From Rhizaria sp. SCN 62-66 (Eukaryota): a DNA stretch of 64,000 nucleotides. Below the pieces are notes generated by a model that saw nothing but the letters and a program-made list of their open reading frames with translations, was not told the DNA's origin and made no database searches. A program made the translations under genes and the position numbers. Below, in pieces: positions 56,371 to 64,000 of this stretch. The stretch spans positions 1 to 64,000 of the forward strand of contig MEDY01000073.1 in NCBI GenBank assembly GCA_001724265.1, in the 5' to 3' direction. Every line of letters begins with the position of its first letter. Position 1 is the stretch's first letter.

Positions 56371-58286
56371 TCATGCGTCATTGGTATCGTCGCTATCGAT
56401 CCCAAAACTCTCCCAGAGCGCCTTGATGCCCTTCTCGTCAGCCACTGCCGCCGGCGCCGCTGCGGTCTTGGCCTTGGTCTTCTTCTTCACGACCGCGCCC
56501 TCGCTGGCGCTCGCTGCCGCCTTGCTCGCCTTGGCTTTGGCCTTCGTCTTCGTCGTCGCCGGTGCGTCGCCAGAGATGGCAAAAGCCAGCCCCGCAGCGG
56601 CCAGCACGTCCTCCGCGCTGGCGTCCGCGCTGCCGCCGCCCGTGGCAACGGTGGTGCGACCCGAGGACGTGGCGAGGGAGTCGTCGGCGTCCGCACAGCC
56701 GCCGAGCCCGCCCGCGCCCGCGCCCGCGGCCATGGCGCCCCAGTCGCCCTCCCCCCAGCCCGGAAGCATCATCGGGTAGCCCTCGCCGCCCGCGCCGATG
56801 CTCCCGCCGCCATTGCTCGCTCCGCTAGACTTGGAGGCCTTGGCAGAGGCAGACAACTTGGACTTGGATAGCTTTGCGGAGCCTTCTGCGCTGGCGCAGG
56901 AGATGGCACTGGAACTGGCAGCAGACGTGTCAGCGTTGGCGTGGCTGCCGGTGCCTGCTTCCGCGGGCGCGGAGTCTGCGGGCGCGAGGGCTGCGGGCGC
57001 AAGCACAGGAAACTGCGGACAGACGGTATTGAGCACGGCGAAAATGCGCGCCAGCGCCTGCTTGTCCGCGGCCGTGAGAAACGCCGTGGTGAGCGAGAAG
57101 TGCGGCGCGCGCGAAGCCGCCGAGAGGAGGTGGAACGACACCAGCGCAACCTGTCGTGAGTGAAAATACAGAGAATCAAAGCATAAAACAAGACATGATG
57201 TGAGTTTACATCGACCTAAATGCGAGATACACAAATACACAACGACCATCTCAAAATCTACAAATTTGTCCTTCAACACGAATGCAATCGTACCTCAGCA
57301 AGCACTTCGCTCCCCGCGCCCAGCGCGGCCAGCGCCGCGTCAAGCGCGGCCGCGAGCGCGGCCAGGCGGTCGAAGCCGAGGTTGCAGCCGAGCAGCTCAA
57401 CGCGCGCGGCGGGTGTGAGCGAGAGCAGCAGCGCGGCGCGGTCCAGCGGGTCGGGTGAGCGCGACCAGGCCTGCTCGAACTCGCTGGGGGACAGCACCAC
57501 GCTCTCCAGCGCCGCCGCCGGCGTCCCCGGGGACAGCAACACGGACACCGAGCGGCGCGCCGTGACAGCGGCGGCAGTTGCGGCGGCCACGGGCGCGGCG
57601 GCGGACGCCATGGGGACGTCGGGCGCGGGGGTGGTGAAGAGGAAGCTCGTGTCGGCAGTCGGCTCCGCACGAATCGCACTGGCGCTGGCACTGGCAGACA
57701 CTGCCGCGGCGGGAGTCGAGGAGCTGTCAGTCGCGGTGGCAAACAGCGTCGCGTAGGGCGAGACGCCGGGTAGTCCTGCGGCAGATGTCCCCGCAACAGC
57801 TGCACGGGCGACGCTGACTGCAGCGCCGCTGACAGGCGCGGACGGAGCAGAGGCGTCGCCGACGCCCCCCGCGGCGCCGGACTCAACGCCATAGCTGGCG
57901 ACAAGCGTGCCCTGCTTCTGCTTGGCGACGTGGCTATCGGCAATGGCGTGCAGCGGGTTCGCGGTGAGGTTCATCGGCTGCAGGTGCGCGCCGCGCACCA
58001 TCTCCTCGAAGCCCTCGTAAGCGAGCAGCTGCTCAACTGCCTTGAACTTCGCCTTCTGCACGCGCTCGTGTTGCAGCTCACTCGCAAACGCCGCGGACGC
58101 GCGCGCCGTCAGCGCTGCGGGCGTGGGCACCGCGAACGCGGGTTGGTATGACGGGTCGGACAGGTGTGGCGGCTGCGCTGCGCCGGCCGGCGCGGGCACT
58201 GGGAACGGCGGCGGCGCCGACACCAGGGCGATGAAGCGTTCCACCGGCGCAGGATCCAGCGCGTAAAGATCAACCGCACGGAGCAT
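56371..58286 (-). CDS. CCDC103: Axonemal dynein attachment factor CCDC103-like, about 590 aa, 2 exons (58286-57294, 57150-56371)
   Basis: N-terminal block QKAKFKAVEQLLAYEGFEEMVRGAHLQPM, plus an RPAP3_C-like block SPSEFEQAWSR...LGFDRL...|...LSAASRAPHFSLTTAFLTAADKQALARIF. Phase-0 intron GTACGA...CAG. Confidence 0.8.
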
Positions 58287-58879
58287 GTCTGCGAGGTTCT
58301 CTGTTAAAGATGGTAATGATACGGGTGTATGGTGAAGGCGTTGGGGTGAGTTCGGAGAGGCAGAACAGAGGGGATCAACGGTTCAAAAAATAGGACGAGT
58401 TCTACAGTTATATCAGAGGCTCCAAAGGCCCAATAAACTGGTAATGCGTGAAATTGCATGTTAGTATTGACTCCTCAATATACTTGCTATCAACGGTCAC
58501 TATGGGTCACATCACATGTCGTTACTCAGGTCGACCTTTGAACGCGGTTCGTGTCCAGCATCGCGACCGGGCCAACACGTCCCAACGGTTGACCACGTCG
58601 AAATCTCCACAACTTCCGTGCTTTCGAATTCCAACATTTTGTACAGAATCAAAGTGTGTGCATACAATAGGCTCTCTTATTATATGTTCTGAAACTCTCA
58701 CTGGCTTCCTCATTGGCTTCCGTTTCTCCTCCCTCTTCTCACTTACGTCACCACACCAGAAGGCACTAGTTTCTTCCCCTCGAGGGCGATACAATAGCCC
58801 CACCAACACAGCTGACCCGACCTATCACACACAGCTACTTCGGGCCCCTACCGACGCAGCGCGTCTGCGATCTGCGCCG

Positions 58880-61800
58880 ATGTCCGCTCCGCCGCAGTGC
58901 GACCTGTGCGAGGACGCGCCCGCGACGGTGCGCTGCGCCGACTGCGGCATGAACCTCTGCTCAGAGGGCGGCTGCGACGCCGATATGCACTCGGACGGCA
59001 AAACCAAGTTCCACAAGCGCGTGCCGATTGGCGAGTCGCTTGCGGATGCTGCTGCGAAGCAAGCCGCGGCGCAGCAGCTGCAGGCCGCCAAGGCCGCCGA
59101 GGAGGCCGCTAAGGCGGACGCCATGGCCGCGGCGCTGTCCGCTCCGGGCGCGACAGCTGTGCCACAGCCCGGTGGCGACGCGGCCGCGGGGGATGCGCCC
59201 GTGGTGATGTGCGAGATGTGCGAGTCGGAGCCCGTGGCGGCGGTGTGTCCCAGCTGCAACACGAAGCTCTGTAGCGGCTGCGACGCCGACATGCACAGCA
59301 CGGGCCAGATGAAGACGCACCTCCGCAAGCCCGTGCACCAGAAGCTGCCTCCTAAGCCGGAGCCCGCGCCCGAGCCCGCTGCGCCCGCGCCGGAGCCTGT
59401 GGCCGCGGATGAGGCGCCCGCGTGGGGGCCTGGCAAGGGGCTGCAAGTCTCGCTCATGTCTATTCCAGAGACACCGTCCCCGATACACTCCAACCCCAAC
59501 AGTAGCGGCAACGCGCACGCCAACGCAGTCCCTGTGCACCACACGCCTTCCCCTGCGCCCACCGCCGCTGCTCCAACGCCCGCGCCCGCGGCCGTAGCTG
59601 TCGATCCGCACGCGTCGACGGCGATGTGCGACCTGTGCGACAGCGAGCCGCAGGCCATCGCGTGCCGCGAGTGCAAGATGTCGCTCTGCGCCGGCTGCAA
59701 CGAGGACATGCACCAGGGCGCCTCGGTTTCCAAACACACGCGCTACCCGCTCGGCGCCGCGCCGCCGCCCACCCCCAGCAGTCTCGCTACTCCGCTGCAG
59801 TCCCCCGGGCCCGCCGGCCCCGCGCTGGGCGGCATGGGGGGCATGCGGGCGCTGGCCATGTCGATGCGCGCGCCGTCGCTGCTGGCGTCGCCGCAGCCCT
59901 CCATCTCGGGTCCCGGCGGCAGCAGCCTGGGCGCGGTGCCGCCGCCCTCGTTCCTGCTTGCGTCGCCGTCGCCAATGGTCACCGCCATGCACGCCAGCCA
60001 TAGCAACAACCCGGGGAGAGCCAGCGCCAGCGCGACGCCCGCGCCGCTTGCGCTCGCGCCCTCGCCGGACCCCGCCGAAGCTGCGCCCGCGGCCGCGGTC
60101 GCGGCCGCAGCTGCGCCTGCGGCGGCCAGTGCCGCTGCTCCAGCCGCCGCTGCTCCTGCGGCTCCTGCCGTGGCAGCGGAGCCGCAGCCGCAGCAGCCGC
60201 CGCTGCCTCCCGGCGCTGGTGCTGGCGCTGCGCCCTACCCATATCCATACGCCTACCCGTACCCGCCCCCGCCGCCGCAGCAGCAGCCGGGTTTCGGCTA
60301 CCCGCCGATGCTGCCACCCTATCTGCACCCCTCGATGCCGATGCACCCCGCGATGTACGGCGGCCCCTTGTCGCCGCACGTGCACCCAATGCAGGCGATG
60401 CAGATGGGCGGCTTTGGCTACGGCTACGGCGCGCCCTATGGCGGCGGCTTCGGCGGCATGATGGGCCCCGCTGGCGCCATGGGTCTCCACGGTCCGCAGC
60501 AACAGCAGGCCGCGGCGATCGACATGCTCGTGGCCATGCTCAGTGGGAACAATAATGGCAACGGCAGTAACAGTAGCAACTCCGGACAGAGCGCGGTCCT
60601 CAAGTCGCTGTTGTCGCAATTGGTCGCGCCACCGCCGCAGCAGCAGCAGCCTCAGGGCAATAACTCTGCCGGTGACGACCAAGAGCAGCTGCAGAAACAG
60701 CAACGTGAGCAGATTCTTCAGGCGCTGCTCGCCGGTATGCTCATTTCGAGCACAAATACTGACAATGACACGAACGGCAAGAGCAGCGCCGCGGGTGGCG
60801 ACAAGTCGGAGCCCGACGGCAAGAGTGCCAGCAAGGGCGACGCTGGCGTTGACGCGGAGCCCGGGGCCAATGCCGGCTCTGATGAGGCAGGTGCAGCGCG
60901 CACTGACTCGAAGACGCAAAGAACGGGTGATGCCAGTACAGGCAGAGGCGACGGCGCGACGGCAGAGGTCGCTGAGGCGCTCATCGACAAGCTCTCGCGC
61001 GTCCTCTTTGCATCGCCCTCTTTCAACCGAACTCAGTCACAACCACGGTCGCCGCCGCCGCAACAGCAGCAGCATGAGCAGGAACCACAGCACGCGAAGG
61101 ACTCCGACAAGACGCCGACCCGCGGTGTCAAGGTTGCTGACAACCCCGGTGACAACGTCGCATGGGCGCGTTGGGCCCCCAACATGCCCAACCTTGACGA
61201 GGTCGACGAGGAGCCGCAGGCGAGGCCGGCTCAGCAGCCTCAGCAGCAACAGCAGCAGTACGTAAAGCCGGAGCGTTGGGGTCCCGACCCCTCGACGCCT
61301 GGGCGCTTTCACGGCTCCCCGTCTCGCTACTATGGCGGCGGCGGTGACCGCAGTCGCTCTGGTGAAGAGCACGACGACTGGTGGCGCGACCACGACTACC
61401 GCGACCACGGCCAGCGTGGCCGTGGTGGAGATCGTGATGGCTACTATGGCGACGCCAGCGACGGATACAGCGATGAGGAGGGTGGGCCGCTGCCGCATCT
61501 GCCTCGGCCTTCGCCGCGGCCCGCCTCGCGCACCTTCGACCGCCACCGCAATCGCGACTACGAACGTGGGCCTGACCGTGAGCATGACCGTGAGCATGAC
61601 CATGGGCATGACCAGGGCCGTGGGCGTCCTTGTAACCGCGAATGCGACAACGGCAACGGCGTCTTTGATGACCGTGACCGCGATCATGGTGACTTCGATG
61701 ATGACGACCGTCATCGCGACCACGAACACCCTTCTGACATCGACGATGACGACCGCGACGCCCATGGTGACAGTGCCGGTGGCCGTGACGGTGCCCAGCC

Positions 61801-64000
61801 GCCGTCACTCCGTGCGCCCGCGCCCGTGCCGACGGTGTTCCCGCGCAACAACGCCGCGCTCACCGCCAAGGCCGCGTTGTACGCACAGTCGACGTGGGCG
61901 TTGCCGCCGCTTTCCGCCGCTGCGGACCGCCTGCGGCGTGCCGTCGAACACAACCTCGACGCGACCGCGCGCTTGACCAGTGTGGGCGCGGCGTCGCCGT
62001 CCCAGTCTGCCTCCGTGTCGTCGTCAGCGGCCGACGTTGACGCCGCCGTGGCTGCCGAGTCGGCCGCCCTGACGGCCGCGCAGTCGCAGGCGCGCGCGCA
62101 GAGCATCTTTTCCCCGCGCGACCGCTTTGCGCTGCGCGGTTACCTGTCAGAGGCCACGCGCGCGCTCTCAGCAGACCTGACACAGTGCAGCGAGCTGCTG
62201 GACACGGCAGACACGCTCGTCACGCTTGCGCAACAGCGGCGCCGCCTGCACGCACAGCAGCGCCGGCTCTTCCGCGAGTCGTGCCGCAGTGCAGGGCTCG
62301 CGCGCGCGCTGCGGGCCACGGCGCGCGCGCGGCGCAGGGAAGAGCGCGCGCGCCGTCATGATCTGCGCGAGCGCACGGCCTGGTTTGGCGCCGACGGGAG
62401 CGGCGGCGTCGTTGCGGCTGGCGCGGACACCGCCGCAGAGGCCGAGGCTGACGAGCGGGCCGCAGCGGAGGATGACGCCGAGTCGGACGCGGACGCTGAG
62501 GACGCGGCTGCCGACGCCGAGGCCGACGCCGCTGCAGGGACTGTGGGCGTTGGCGCCGATGCAGACGCTGATGACGAGGACGAGGCGGAGCTGGAGGAGG
62601 CCAAGGCCGAGGACGCGGTATTTGCGCTCGTGATGAAGGCCAAGGGCGAGCACGCCCGCGCTGTTGCAGTCGTCGCCGAGGGCGCGCGCATGCAGACCGC
62701 GCTTGAGACCACGCTTAGATTCCGCAAGGATGCTTCAAGTTCTCCGCCGCACGACGGCGAGGGCGGCTCCACCGCGCGCACCGCCGTAAACACGGATGCT
62801 GACGCTGATACTGAAGGTGTGGGCAGTCGCGAGTGTCTCCTGCCGCAGTCGCTGCGGCCGCCGCGCGTGCTGCAGCAAACCAAAGCTGCTGTAGGCGCCG
62901 TGGTGCCCCTGCTGGCGTGGCTGCGTGCCACCGTCGCGGTGCTCAAGAGGAACAAGAAGACTGACGACGCCGACCCCAATTGTGTGAACGCCAGCGCGAC
63001 CCCCCCCAGTCCTGGCAGAAGTCGCGGTTCGCCTCGCGACAACGACGAAGATGCCGATGGCAGCTACGATGGCGGTGGCGGAGACGACGACGCTGACGAC
63101 TCCGGTGGTTTTGTGCGCATATCGCCGCGCGGTGACGTGAGCCTTGCGCCGTACGGCACGGGTGTGGATGCGGTGCGCGGCATCAGCCTGAGTCAAAGCC
63201 GCGTCGCACCTACGCCGCCGCGCGGGTCCCCCGGTGTGTCGCCGCCGCGGCCGCGCGCGCAGTCGCGGCTCTATCCGCGGTCTCCACCGGTGTCTTACGG
63301 GCGCCTGGCTGAGACTGAGGCCGAGGAGACTGCAGCAGCTGAGGCAGCTGCCGCAGCGGAGGCTGCCGACGTCGCTGCTGCAGCTGATACGGCTGAGTAC
63401 CTCCTGTTGCTGTCACAGGAGCAGGCTTCTTCGACGCCCTGCCGCAAGCCGCCGCAGACAGCGCCCGGCTATATGCGGGGCAATCCGAGTCGCCTGAGCG
63501 CTCGTGGCGCCAACAGCGGTGAGATCTCTGAGTTATCGGAACAGTTCCAGCAGTATCAGCAGAGCCCACAGCACGGCAAAACAACGTACGTCAATGCATA
63601 ACGCAGAAATGAAATCCCATGTTGCCTTAAGTGCCAATCAACTCGTTCACTCACAAAACCGTATATTTGTTATTTTTTATTTTGATTTGTCATGTTTTGA
63701 TCTGTCTTGTTTAGACCGCTTGTCAAATTGCCGCCCGGTCGTGTGAGCCTCAGCGCTTCGCGCCGGCCCCCTGCAGCAACGTTTGCCGCCACTGCTTCAG
63801 CGTCATCCACGGCCGCGGGCACCCCGCTGTCGCGCGCCCGCGCCCGCACCATGCCTTCCGGTCAGGATCTTTCGGGCGTTGCCGACAACGGTGCCCGTCG
63901 GAGGCACGCTGGGGACGTGCCCCCGCCGCCGCTGCCGCAGCCGCGCGCGCCCTCGTCCGTGTCACGCACGCAGCACAACGTTCAGCGGCGCGGGGGCAGC
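58880..64000 (+). CDS. Large protein with three B-box zinc fingers; exon 58880-63585, intron 63586-63714, next exon open to the window end (3' partial)
   Basis: Three C-x2-C-x8-C-x2-C-x4-C-x2/4-C-x4-H-x7-H units: CDLCEDAP...HKRVP, CEMCESEP...HLRKP and CDLCDSEP...HTRYP. The track stop at 63601 falls inside an AT-rich GTACGT...TTAG intron; splicing continues the frame as T-PLVKLPPGRVS with no stop. Confidence 0.8.

Noticed and set aside
17443..58286. Possible functional cluster of cilia/cytoskeleton genes (TTBK, WASHC4, RhoGAP, TTLL, CCDC103)
   Set aside because: Interspersed with unrelated metabolic and splicing genes; such genes are common in flagellate genomes, and there is no synteny evidence.
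1..64000. CRISPR arrays, tRNA/rRNA genes, transposases, reverse transcriptases or viral inserts
   Set aside because: No regularly spaced repeats, cloverleaf, rRNA signature or mobile-element motif was seen; repeats are simple coding microsatellites. Small ncRNAs could be missed by eye.

Overview
Gene-dense eukaryotic nuclear DNA from a unicellular, probably flagellated protist; the lineage cannot be fixed from this window. Coding regions are very GC-rich, while introns and intergenic spacers are AT-rich. I read 15 protein-coding genes and rebuilt 14 GT-AG introns by hand. In order: the 3' end of an H2A.X-like histone (not in the ORF track), a Siz/PIAS-like SP-RING SUMO E3 carrying a MYND finger, TTC27/Emw1, MFAP1, a mitochondrial-type arginase, a probable DASH/Dam1-complex subunit Duo1, a TTBK/CK1-family kinase split by a 1-nt gap in a (CAA)n tract, an M29-like metallopeptidase-family protein, pterin-4a-carbinolamine dehydratase, a bZIP factor, WASHC4, a RhoGAP, a TTLL enzyme, a 3202-aa acetyl-CoA carboxylase, CCDC103, plus a triple B-box gene that runs off the window end. 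I found no rRNA, tRNA, CRISPR or transposase. I cannot support a new multi-gene system. The most interesting signals are a histone 3' stem-loop with a downstream AATAAA, 5' splice sites with C rather than A at +4, the Duo1 candidate, the MYND+SP-RING fusion, recurring promoter motifs, and large Ala-rich insertions inside conserved domains. Family calls rest on motif recognition by eye; no database searches were run.
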